Below are positions 24,473 to 36,961 of a DNA stretch of 64,000 nt, piece by piece. The first letter of the stretch is position 1, and every line of letters begins with the position of its first letter. The notes under the pieces were generated by a model. That model was given only the letters and a program-made list of their open reading frames with translations, was not told the DNA's origin and made no database searches. The position numbers and the translations under genes are program-made. Source of the stretch: Malacoraja senta (Eukaryota); contig CM075991.1 in NCBI GenBank assembly GCA_038087875.1, positions 9,860,001 to 9,924,000 on the forward strand, written 5' to 3'.

Positions 24473-27432
24473 TAAGTGTACGGGATGAATGCGGGTCGGC
24501 GTGGACTCGATGTGCCGATGGGCCTGTTTCCGTGCTGTATCTGTAACGTGTAAAGTCTATAGATAATGATGGCAGCAATGTTTCCTCGGCCAACATTCCA
24601 GAGGGAATAATCTCACCACCGTACAGATGGCTGTAATTGTATGCATCTTGGCTATATATATTTCACAGCACTGGCCTGCGTGCAAAAATGCACAAGGACA
24701 GGTTAAGGGGGGAAAAAACACAGCATGATTCCTACACATGTAAAACTCTTGGGAGGAGCACTGCCCCACCTCCAACAAAATGAACAGATATCACGGTTCG
24801 TGGAAAGCCATCTCTTTCAGGGTTGATGGGGGACAGAACCTGTCTCTCTCGCACTAAATCACTTTCCTTTGCAGAGAGATGGAAAATGGAAAGAGCGGTG
24901 TCTCAGTGATAAAGAATAAAACTTGCAAGGTACCCACAATAGAAACCAGTAGAGGAATGTCCACTATATAACATTATGGCAAGATTGCTCACCTCACCTG
25001 CTTCAACATTTAGTGTCTATTTTTAGCTTAGGAGGTATCCTGGTTGGCATAGATGAGTTGGGCCGAAGGGACTGTTTCCATGCTGTAAAACTCAATGACT
25101 CTACGACATGGTTGATAGGTGAAGGGATATTGAGCAAGTTATGGTGCAGGCAATAGTACTTCAGCACAAGGTGATAGTGCAGACAGAAAAGCATTGGAAT
25201 AACCAAGCCTCGTTCAGTTCAGTTGGTTCAGTTCAGTGAAGTTCAGTTTAATTTATTGTCACGTGTATCGAGGTACAGTGAAAAAATTCTGTCGCGTGCT
25301 ATCCAGGCAGCAGAAAGACAATACATGATTACAATCGAGCCATACAGTGTACAATGCATTTACAGAGTACAAGGGAATAACGCTTGGTGCAAGGTAAACC
25401 CGATCAAGGGTAGTCCGAGGGTCACCAAAGAGGTCTATAGTAGTTCAGCACTGCTCTCTGGTTGTGGTAGGATGATTCAGTTGCCTGATAACAGCTGGGA
25501 AGAAACTGTTTCTGAATCTGGAGGTGTGCGTTTTCACACTTCAGTACCTTTTGCCGGATGGGAGAGGGGAGAAGAGGGAGTGGCCAGGGTGCGACTCGTC
25601 CTTGATTGTGCTGCTGGCCTTGCCGAGGCAGCGTGGGGTGTAAATGGAGTCAATAGAAGGGAGGTTGGTTTGTGTGATGGTAGAACCTAATTAGATCGTG
25701 TAGTATTCTCGAAAGCTGGCAGAGCATCTCCCATTATGTTGTCTACTGAGGCAAATGCATAGGGAGAGGTAAACACGGAGAATAAAGGCTTAATGGAAAG
25801 AGTAGAAGAGAGGGGACGGAGATAAGGAAATGAAAGGAAACATTCTCCACAGTAAAGAAGACTGAGAAGGTAGTTGTAAGAGAGGATCGTTGGAGCAATG
25901 AACTGTTATATACTGTGTATTCTATGATATATTGTAAGTAAATATTGCGTACAGTTTTGGTCACCAAATCTGAGGAAAGACATTCTTGCCATAGAGGGAG
26001 TACAGAGAAGGTTCACCAGACTGATTCCTGGGATGGCAGGACTTTCATATGAAGAAAGACTGGATAGACTCGGCTTGTACTCGCTAGAATTTAGAAGATT
26101 GAGGGGGGATCTTATAGAAACTTACAAGATTCTTAAGGGGTTGGACAGGCTAGATGCAGGAATATTGTTCTGCTAATACTTTAACAGTCTTCAAACTTAT
26201 TCTGAGCACAACATGACTGTTAAAATCAAGCAAAACAGTTCGAAAGACCTTTGGAGATTTTTCTAACCAAAACATACGAGTAGGAATATATAGGGTGAAT
26301 GCACAGGGTCTTCTTCCCGCCCCCCCCCCCCCCCCTGAGATGCAGGCGAGATGCAGGAAGATTGTTCCCGATGTTGGGGAAGTCCAGAACAAGGGGTCAC
26401 AGTTTAAGGATAAGGGGGAAGTCTTTTAGGACCGAGATGAGAAAATCATTTTTCACACAGAGAGTGGTGAATCTGTGGAATTCTCTGCCACAGAAGGTAG
26501 TTGAGGCCAGTTCATTGGCTATATTTAAGAGGGAGTTAGATGTGGCCCTTGTGGCTAAAGGGATCAGGGGGTATGGAGAGAAGGCAGGTACAGGATACTG
26601 AGTTGGATGATCAGCCATGATCATATTGAATGGCGGTGCAGGCTCGAAGGGCCGAATGGCCTACTCCTGCACCTATTGTCTATGTTTCTATGTTTCTATG
26701 TAAGTGGAATTTAATATATAACGTGACTGAAGGGAAGAAAGAAATGCGTGGTGATGGAAACAATGCTGGCTTGTTGTGGGGATGTCCAATTCTCTGGATA
26801 ATGCTGAGGCGTTCACAGGCTCAATCATGTATAGATTAGTTGACTTTCTTCCAGTTGAAATTTGCATTATTAAAGTCCTAAAGCAAACCTTAACACTCCC
26901 AATGGAGGATTAAGCGATGCTAAGTATAGTATTGACTATATTCACTGAGCTGCTCTCTGTCCAATTCCCCGCGGAACACATCAGCTTGTCAAATATTTAA
27001 CTTCATGCCATCCCGTAGTTATTAAATAAAATGTAATATAAATATGACAAGAAATTCAGATACACTTTCCTTTTAATTTGATGAGGGGGATGTCAAAATG
27101 AAAGGTGTGGAATCCATTGATTTTTTTTTTACACTTTAACCTTTAATGTACCATGGGAGTTTCTCACAGAAGGTGGTGGGAATATGGAATGAGCCGCCAG
27201 AGGAGGTAGTTGAGGCAGAAACTATAACAACATATAAAAGACATTTGGACAGGTGTGTGGATAGGAAAGGTTGGTCCACATGCCTCTAATGGACCAAATG
27301 TCGGCAGGTGGGACTAGTGTAGAGAATAATAATAATAATAATAAATTTTATTTATATAGGGCTTTTCAGGACTCAAAGTCGCTTATGGGGCACTTTGATG
27401 GGGCACTACTATACTAGAAGGGGCACTACAAT

Positions 27433-27563
27433 ATTATTATTGTTTAATGTTTTATGTGTCATTCCTAACTGTCACTGTATGTGATGTTGTCACTTGCGGG
27501 CGGAGCACCAAGGCAAATTCCTTGTATGTGAATACTTGGCCAATAAACTTATTCATTCATTCA
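27433..27563 (+). repeat. Short dispersed repeat (probable LINE 3' end); second copy at about 44093-44239
   Basis: GTCATTC..AACTGTCACTGTATGT...GGCGGAGCACCAAGGCAAATTCCTTGTATGTGAATACTTGGCCAATAAA followed by (TTCA)n here and (TTAC)n in the second copy. Confidence 0.75.
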
Positions 27564-29105
27564 CTTGGTCGACATGGGCAAGTTGGCCCGAGGGGTCTGT
27601 TTCTGTGCTGTGTGACTCTATGACTGTAACTCGAGTTCAGTTTAGTTTATTGTCATGTGTACCGAGGTACAGTGAAAAGCATTTGTCGCGTGCTAACCAG
27701 CCAGCAGAAAGACAATGCATGATTACAATCGAGCCGTCCACAGTGTACAGATACATGATAAGGGAATAACGTTTAGTGCACGATAAGGCCCGTAAAGTCC
27801 GATCAAAGATAGTCCTCGGGTCACCAATGAGGTAGATAGTAGTTCAGGACTGCTCTCTGGTTGTGGTGGGATGGTTCAGGTGCCTGATAACAGCTGGGAA
27901 GAAACTGTCCCTGAATCCGGAGGTGTGCATTTTCACACTTCTGTACCTTTTGGCTGATGGAAGAGGGGAGACGAGGGAGTGGCCAGGGTGCGACTCGTCC
28001 TTGATTATGCGTGAGGTGAGGTATAAATGGAGCGTGAGGTATAAATGGAGTCAATGGAAGGGAGGTCGGCATGTGTGACTATCTGGGCTGCACCCACAAT
28101 GAGCGTCCTCTACGAGTTCAAACTCTATGAATGGGCATTTTCCTTCTGAGGGCACCTCCTGTCAAGCTTTACCCGTGCAACTGTGCCCTTCATTCAGCCC
28201 AGAAAACTGAAGAATAAACACTGCAAAAAAACACATTGACAATGCTTTGTGGGATCACTGCAAACCATTTGGTCATGGAGCAGTAAGCATGTGGTAAAGA
28301 AGGCTGATGGCGTGCTTGGTTTCACAGGTCAGGGTATGGAGTACAAGAGTCAGCAAGTCGTGATGCAGCTTGAGAGGACTTTGGTTAGGGTGCATTTGGA
28401 GTATTGTGTATCGTTCTGCTCGCCCCATTACAGAAAGGAAGGGGAGGTTTTGGAAAGGGTGCAGCAGATGACTGGATTAGGGCGTATTACTTGTAGGAAG
28501 AGATTGGATGGATTTGGAATGCTTTCTCTGCAACACATAAGTACAGGTGTCGGGGGTTATGGGGCGAAGACTGGAGAATGAGAGATAGAACAGCCATGAT
28601 TGAATGGTGGAGTAGCCTTGATGGGCCGAATGGCCTAATTCTACTCCCATTCCTTATTACCTTATGACCCCAGAGGTTTCAGGGGGACCTGTTTCCATGC
28701 TGTATCTGTGGCTTTATGAATTGGCAACTTACCAGTTATAGCAAAGGTTACTGTTAGGAATCATTTTTGGAATATTATTAGTTCTAATTATTGGTGAATG
28801 ACTAAGAAATTATTGAAAAGTAAAAAAAATCTGCCTTTGTTTATATAAATACTCAAATATCACGTAAGCCGCTATCTGAAATGAAAACAAATAATAGTCA
28901 GTGGGTAAGGCAGCATCGACAGAGAAAACAGAATTAACATTGTAATTGGATGTCTTGTCTCAGATTTGGGGTCAGTTGAGAATGAAGTATAGAAAATAGG
29001 TGCAGGAGGCCATTTGGCCCTTCGAGCCAGCACTGCAAGTATGTTTAACGTTGTGGAGAGGGGATTGAAGGGGCGGAGAGAACAAATGGGAAGGACATCT
29101 TTTCA

Positions 29106-29428
29106 CGGGGGCGGCACGGTGGCACAACGGCAGAGTTGCTGCCTTGCAGCGCCAGAGAGGCAGGTTCGATCCTGACCACGGCTGCTGTCTGTACGGAGTT
29201 TCTACGTTCGCCCCGCGATCCGCCTGCGTTTTCTCCGCGATCTCCGGTTTCCTCCCACACTCCAAAGCCGTACAGGTTTGTAGGCTAATTGGCTTGGTAT
29301 AAGTGTAAATTGTCCCTAGTGAACGTGTAGGATTGTGTAAGTGTGCGGGGATCGCTGGTCGGCGCAGTCCTGGTGGGCCGAAGGGCCTGTTTGCGCGTTC
29401 TATCTCTAAACAGCACTAAACTAAACTA
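29106..29428 (+). mobile_element. V-SINE (HE1-like), full length
   Basis: GGGGGCGGCACGGTGGC head to CTAAACTAAACTAA tail. Other forward copies at about 17126-17430, 21586-21862, 39953-40213, 41468-41770, 53447-53765 and 61871-62138. Confidence 0.85.
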
Positions 29429-30670
29429 ATCAAAAACTGTGATCTGGCAGAGATGTGGAGATTTTGAATGACGCAAGTATCTGCTGAAAGTGGGCGGTGA
29501 GTGAATGTGTGGAGGAGATGTTAGATAGCAGAGGACTCAAATCTAAAGTGATCCGAGGAAAACAAAAACAAAAGATGTATTGGACATGTGAGATGCAAGG
29601 CAAGAATGGCTGCCATAGAATACAGCAGAGGAACAGGCCCTTCAGCCCACCATGTCCATGCTGCCCACTGTACTATTCCTGCTTACCCGCAGTAGGTCCA
29701 TATGCCTCGGTGATTCAACATAAAAAAACACAGACATAGAAAATAGGTGCAGGAGTAGGCCATTCGGCCCTTCGAGCCTGCACCGCCATTCGATATTATC
29801 ATGGCTGATCATCCAACTCAGTATCCCATCCCTGCCTTCTCTCCATACCCCCTGATCCCTTTAGCCACAAGGGCCACATCTAACTCCCTCTTAAATATAG
29901 CCAATGAACTGGCCTCAACTACCTTCTGTGGCAGAGAATTCCACAGATTGAAGTCCTTGTCTAGGTGTTTCCTCAGTATTGTGAGGATTTCTCGATTGTA
30001 ATCATGGTTTTTCTCTGCCTGAACTGTGTTTGTGTATCGTATAATCATGTATTGGCTTTCTGCTGACTGGATAGAACGCAACAAAAGGTTTTCACTGTTC
30101 CTCAGTACACGTGACAATCAACTAATCTGTAGGTACACAAAAATGCTGGAGAAACTCAGCGGGTGCAGCAGCATCTATGGAGCGAAGGAAATAGGCAAAG
30201 TTTCGGGCCAAAACAAACTCATCTGGTTATCTGCTTCTGCCATCTATTGATGCAGTGCATTCCAGTGTAGTTCTTCTTCAATCCTCGTTAAACTTCCCCC
30301 TCACTTTAAAACTATTTGCCAGCATGGGACGAAAAGGTTTCTGATCTCTACCCTATTTATCCCATTTATAATTTTATATACTTCAGTCTGAAATTGTTGG
30401 AATTAAGTGCTGGGCCCTGAAAGCTGTAAAGCTTCAAGTCAGAAGCTAAGGTGCTGTTCCTCGCATTTTATTATCTCAGCCTCGTTGACACAGTGTCGGA
30501 GACTAAAGATAAAGAGGTCGGAGAGGGAGAAGGCTGTGGAATTAAAGTGACAGACGGCTGTAACTCAGGGTCATCGCTCGGACGGAACGGAGGCATTCTG
30601 CAAAGCCGTCGCCCGACCTGAGTTTTATTCATTCATCTAATACTTCCAGCGTGAAAAGAAAACGTCAGAG

Positions 30671-31422
30671 GACAATAGACAATAGACAATAGACAATAGG
30701 TGCAGGAGTAGGCCATTTGGCCCTTCGAGCCAGCGCCACCATTCAATGTGATCATGGCTGATCATCCACAATCAGTACCCCATTCCTGCCTTCTCCCCAG
30801 ACCCCCTGACTCCGCTATTTTTATGAGCCCTATCTAGCTCTCTCTTGAAAGCATCCAGAGAACCTGCCTCCACCGCCCTCTGACAGACTCAGCACTCTCT
30901 GTGAGAAAAAGTGTTTCCTCGTCTCCGTTCTAAATGGCTCACCCCTTATTCTTAAAGTGTGGCCCCTGGTTCTGGACTCCCCCAACATCGGGAACATGTT
31001 TCCTGCCTCCAGCGTGTCCAAACCCTTAACAATCTTATATGTTTCAATAAGATCCCCTCTCATCCTTCTAAACTCCAGAGTGTACAAGCCCAGCTGCTTC
31101 ATTCTCTCAGCATATGACAGTCCCGCCATCCCGGAAATTAACCTTGTAAACCTACGCTGCACTCCCTCAATAGCAAGAATGTCCTTCCTCAAATTAGGGG
31201 ACCAAAACTGCACACAATACTCCAGGTGTGGTCTCACTGGGGCTCTGTACAACTGCAGAAGGACCTCTTTGCTCCTATACTCAACTCCTCTTGTTATAAA
31301 GGCCAACATGCCATTCGCTTTCTTCATCCTGCTGTACCTGCATGCTTACTTTCATAGACTGATGAACAAGGACCCCCAGATCCCGCTGTACTTCCCCTTG
31401 TCCCAACTTGACGCCATTTAGA
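30671..31422 (-). mobile_element. CR1-like LINE 3' fragment (ORF2 C-terminus)
   Basis: KKANGMLAFITRGVEYRSKEVLLQLYRAPVRPHLEYCVQFWSP...; (GACAATA)n tail. Related pieces at about 16580-16828, 38030-38408, 48825-49366, 49367-50000 and 54180-54342. Confidence 0.88.
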
Positions 31423-33854
31423 TAGAGCCTCTTAAATGCCACGATCATATCTGCCTCCACTACTACTACCCTTGGCAGCGCATTCCAGGCACCTATCACT
31501 CTCTGTGTAAAAAAAAAGTTGCCCCCCACATCTCCTTTAAACCTTCCCCCTCTCACCTTAAAGCAATGGCATCTAGTCCTTGACATTTCCATTCTGGGAA
31601 AAAGGTTCTGACTGTCTATCTTATCTATTTGTCTCATAATTTTATACACTTCAACCAGGTCTCCCCTCAACCTCTCATGTTCCAGAAAATATCAAATCCA
31701 AGTTTGTCCAACCTCTCCTTATAGGTTCAAGAAGGACCTGCAGATGCTGGAAAATCAAAGGTAGACAAAAGTGCTGGAGAAACTCAGCGGGTGAGGCAGC
31801 ATCTATGGAGCAAAGGAAATAGGCAACGTTTCGGGCCGTCTGAAGAAGGGTTTCAGCCCGAAACGTTGCCTATTTCCTTCACTCCATAGATGCTGCCTCA
31901 CCCGCTGAGCCTCTCCTTATAGGTAATATGTTCTAATCCAGGCAGCACTCTGGTAAGCCTCTTCTGCACCCTCTCCAAAGCCTTCACATCCTTCCTGTAA
32001 TGGGGCATTAGATCTGCACACAATACTCCAAATACGGCATAACTAAAGTCATATACAGCTGGAACAAGATTTTTAGTTTAGTTTAAAGATACAGAGCGGA
32101 AACCGGCCCACCGGGTCCGCGCTGACCAGCGATCCCCGCACATTAACACTATCCTACACTAGGGACAATTTTTACATTCATACCAAGCTTTGGAGTGTGG
32201 GAGGAAACCGAAGATCTCGGAGAAAACCCACCCGGTCACGGGGAGAACGTACAAACTCCACACAGACAAGCACCCGTAGTCGGGATCGAACCTGGGTCTC
32301 TGGCGCTGTAAGCGCCGTAAGGCAGCAACTCTACCGCTGCGCCACCGCGCCGCTCTAACCTCCTGATACTCGAAGCCCCGACTGATGGAGGCAAGGAAAC
32401 GATAAACCTTCTCTACTGCTTTAAAATCATTTACGAGTATAAGAGGCTGTGAGATGGGTGGGAACACTCATCCCACCAACATATCTTGGGACATTTTCAA
32501 AACAGGAGACCTAATCATTGGCTTTGCCTGCATGACAGAGACATTTCCACCGTAAATCATAACCGCACAACAGTGTGAATTGTCAGCAGGGATAGAGGAA
32601 ACAAACAAACAAACATGTCCTCAGGGCCTGATACATTTTCATTATAAAGGACAGGAACACGATATTCTGAAGGGAAAATCAAACTCGTGACCGCTGTGCA
32701 TGTGGTCACGTCGATTGTTTACTTTGCGTTCCTCGAGCAAGATGGCCAGGAGGAGAAGTAACTCGACAATATGCAAGTAGTTATATCCCAGAGCTGTTTG
32801 CCCTGAACTAAACCGAAAGGTTGATCGGAGGACAACACACGGACAATTCACCTTTTGTCGCCCAAGATTGCTTCCGCTCTCTACCACCCAATTCTCTTCT
32901 GTTTTCTCTCTTAAATTAGCATTCCAGGAAACCTAAACTCTAAGGAAATAGAAAGAACATACAAAATTATGTGGTAGAGTGTAGTTTAATTTAATTTCGA
33001 GATACAGCATGGAAACAGATATTTCAGCCCACTGACCATTGATCACCCGTTCACACTAGTTCTATGCTATCCCAGGTTCACATCCACTCCCTGCATATTA
33101 AAGGCAATTTTTACAGAGACCAATTAACCTGGAAACCCGCACGTCTTTGGGATGCGCGAGGAAACTGGAGCACCTGGAGGAAACCCACAGGGAGAACACG
33201 CAAAGTCCACACAGATAGCACCCGAGGTCAGGATCGAACCCGGGTATATGGCGCTGTGAGGTGGCATCTCTACCAGCTGCCACCCTTGATTGGGTAGATA
33301 TTAGAAAACTCATTAGAAAACCTTTAGATAGATTAAAGTTTGCAGATAGCAGGTGATTAGATGGCATGGGTCTAGGAGCAAGGTGGAAGAGGTTTAGAAG
33401 GGATCTCAGGAGGAACTGTTACACTTGGAAGATGGTTGGGATCTGGAACACACTCTCCGAGGAGGTGATGGAAACAGAGACCCACACACCATTTCAGAAG
33501 TATTCAAAAATATGCACTAGGTATAGAAGGCTTTGGACTAAGTGCTGGTAAATGGGATTAGTGTCGATGGTTAGTATGAACATGTTGGGTGAAAGCATCT
33601 GTAATGCGCTGTGTGACTCTTTGATTCAGTCAACTATGGTAACCAGCAACCAATTAAACTTAAAAACAGACCATACAGTAGAATCACATAAACCAATCAA
33701 TTAGACTCATGCCATGAACTTTATTAAATTTAGTCAACTATTTAGAAATTTGCAGAATAAAGGTTGTTTCCATTTTGCCCCATTAAACCCTGCTAGTGTA
33801 GCTCAGATGGGGAGTAAATGTCCAAGCTGACTGCTCCACCACACCAAACTGCAA

Positions 33855-34613
33855 AGAGGATGCTAGGAGTTTGCAGGGTGACTTGGACAGGTTGATTGAG
33901 TGGGCAGATGCAGTATAATGTAGATAAATGTGAGGTTATCCACTTTGACGGCAAGAACAAGGAGGCAGATTATTATCTCAATGGTGTCAGATTAGGAAAA
34001 AGGGAAGTGCAACAAGACCTGGGTGTCCTTGTACACCAGTCACTGAAAGTAAACATGCAGGTACAGCAGGCAGTGAAGAAAGCTCATGGCATATTGGCCT
34101 TCATAATGAGAGGGTTTGCGTATAGGAGTAAAGAGGTCCTTCTGCAGTTGTACAGGGCCCTGGTGAGACCACATCTGAAGTATTGTGTGTAGTTTTGGTT
34201 TCCTAATTTGAGGAAGGACGTCTTGTTATTGAGGCAGTGCAGCGTAGGTTCACGAGGTTAATCCCCGGAATGGCGGGGCTGTCATATGAGGAAAGATTGG
34301 AAAGACTGGGCTTGTAATCACTGGAATTTAGAAGGATGAGAGGGGATCTTACAGAGACATATAAAATTATAAACGGACTTTTTCACCCAGAGAGTTGTGA
34401 ATTTGTGGAATTCTCCACCACAGAAGGCAGCAGAGGCCAAATCACTGAATGATTCTAAAAGAGAGTTAGATAGAGCTTTTGGGGCTAGTGGAATCAAGGG
34501 GAGAAGGCAGGCACAGGTTACTGATTGTGGATGATCAGCCATGATCACAATGAATGGCAGTACAGGCTCGAAGGGCCAAATGGCCTCTTCCTGCACCTAT
34601 TTTCTATGTTTCT
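33855..34613 (+). mobile_element. CR1-like LINE 3' fragment
   Basis: QMQYNVDKCEVIHF...DLGVLVHQSLK...LYRALVRPHLKYCV with stops and deletions. Confidence 0.85.
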
Positions 34614-34870
34614 AAACACTGTCAGTTATGCATAGCAAAATTAATAAACAATATGGTAAGGTTTCCTCTATGCCTCTGAAACGGATGCAGGTTAGGTCCA
34701 GCGCAGGTTATGTGTAGAGTATTGGTATTGGCTTATTGTAATTGTTTAGTGTAACAAAATATGGTGAAAAACTGTGTCTTGCGTGCTGGCTGGATAAATC
34801 ATACCTTGCATGAGTACAATCAACCCATGCAGATACTGCAGAGAGAAAAGGGAAGCGAGTGTAGAACATA

Positions 34871-35335
34871 GTGACTAGTGGTGTGCCTCAGGGTTCGGTT
34901 CTGGGCCCCTCACTGTTTGTCATCTACATCAACGATTTGGATGAGAACATACAGGGCAAGATTAGCAAGTTTGCTGATGATACAAAAGTGAGTGGTTTTG
35001 CGGATCGTGAAGATGGTTGTGAAAGATTGCAGCAGGATCTGGATCGATTGGCCAGGTGGGCGGAGGAATGGTTGATGGAATTTAATACCGAGAAGTGTGA
35101 GGTGTTGGATTTTGGGGCAACGAACAAGGGCGGGACCTACACAGTAAATGGTAGGCCTCTGGGTGGTGTTGTAGACCAGAGGGATCTAGAAGTACAGGTG
35201 CATGGTTCCTAGAAAGTCGATTCGCAGGTAGATACGGTGGTCAAAAAGGCTTTTGGCACTTTGTCCTTCATCGGTCAGAGTATTGAGTATAGAAGTTGGG
35301 AGGTCATGTTGCTGTTGAATAAGACATTGGTGAGA
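34871..35335 (+). mobile_element. CR1-like LINE reverse transcriptase fragment
   Basis: [22 protein letters not shown]...[11 protein letters not shown] motifs. Confidence 0.9.
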
Positions 35336-35630
35336 ACGGATGTCTGTGTGGAGTTTGCACGTTCTCCCCGTGACAGTGTGGGTTTTCTCTGGGTTTACCG
35401 GTTTCCCCTCACCGTCCCGAAGATGTGCAGGTTTGTAGGTTAATTAGCTTCTGTGAATTCTTCCCTATTGCGTCGTATAGAAGGAGTGTACGGGTAATCA
35501 TTGGTCGCCGTGGACTCGGTGGGCCGATGGGCCTGTTTCCACGCAGTATCTCAAAAATTAAAACTAAAAAACTAAAGGTCCAGGCCAAGGATAGTTTGGC
35601 ATCCTCTGACTGACAGACTCTGAGTTGTAA

Positions 35631-35948
35631 TGGGCCAGTCCCACTGTACGAGCTAATTCAAGAGTTCTCCCGAGTTTCCCCTGATTCGTATTCAGAGAAT
35701 TACGGTAATGGCCGCTCGTCAGTACTCGGGGCTCTCGTGGACATTTTTCAACGTGTTGAAAAATCTTCACGAGTCTTCACGAGCTTACCGCGTTTCCCGA
35801 GTACCTGCCGTTAGCGTTACGAGCCGCTAAGAGACGTCCCCGAGCTCCGTCGTACCCGCTACGTACATTCTACGTGCTTACCACGAGTTTGATTTTTTTT
35901 TAAACTCGGGAGAGCTCTTGAATTACCTCGTACAGTAGGACCGGCCCT
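35631..35948. mobile_element. Harbinger-like MITE
   Basis: Same TIR family; TSD TAA/TAA. Confidence 0.85.
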
Positions 35949-36272
35949 TAATTCAAAGTTCTGAGGATCATTCCTACCTCAGCAGATTTTTCTGTATCCC
36001 AACTGATCCACTCGAGAACTGTTTCCTTTTAACGAAGCATTAAAACCAGGCTCTTGGCAAACCCAGTGGCACTGTAGACCTTGGGTTGTGCTTGGCACAT
36101 TTTTCCACCCCTTTGTTAAAATCAGCTGTATCCTATCTTTGTCACCACTGACTGGCCTTAATTATTCCAGAACACCATCCTGGGTGTCCTAACACACACC
36201 AATCCTCTCATGTCTGGGGTTATGGGGAGAAGGCAGGAGAATGGGGTTGAGAGGGAAGGATTGATCAGCCAT

Positions 36273-36961
36273 AGGTAGACAAAAATGCTGGAGAAACTCA
36301 GCAGCATCTATGGAGCGAAGGAAATAGGTAACGTTTCGGGCCGAAACCCTTCTTCAGACTGATAGGGGGTGGGGAGAAGAAAGGAAAAAAGGAAAAAGGC
36401 GGAGGAGGAGCCCGAGGGCTGGGGGAGGGGAGGAGACAACCAGAGGGCTGATGAAGGGGAGGGGACAGCAAGGGCTAGCAGAATTGGGAGAATTCAATGT
36501 TCAAGCCCCCAGGATGTAGACTGCCCAAGCGGAATATGAGGTGCATTTCCTCCAATTTACGGTGTTGCTCGCTGTGGCCATGGAGGAGACCCAGGACAGA
36601 GAGGTCAGATACGGAATGGGAGGGGGAGTTGAAGTGCTGAGCCACCGGGAGTTCAGGTTGGTTATTGCGGACCGACCGGAGGTGTTCGGCGAAACGATCG
36701 CCAAGCCTCCGCTTGGTCTCACCGATGTAGATCAGCTGGCATCTAGAGCACCGGATGCAATAGATGAGGTTGGAGGAGATGCAGGTGAACCTCTGTCGCA
36801 CCTGGAACGACTGCTTGGGTCCCTGAATGGAGTAGAGGGGGGAGGTGAAGGGACAAGTGTTGCATCTCTTGCGGTTGCAAGGGAAAGTACCCGGGGAGGG
36901 GGTGGTATGGGAGGGAAGGGAAGAATTGACAAGGGAGTTACGGAGGGAGCGGTCTTTGCGA
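36273..36961 (-). mobile_element. Penelope-like element 3' fragment: GIY-YIG endonuclease plus pseudo-LTR with hammerhead core
   Basis: ORF 36475-36801(-) reads FTCISSNLIYCIRCSRCQLIYIGETKRRLGDRFAEH...VAQHFN...E..LIFRLGSLHPGGLN, the PLE GIY-YIG with a CxxC insert. It is followed by a pyrimidine tract and CTGAAGAAGGGTTTCGGCCCGAAACGTT. 13-bp TSD ATTGATCAGCCAT (36260-36272, 36962-36974). Confidence 0.9.
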
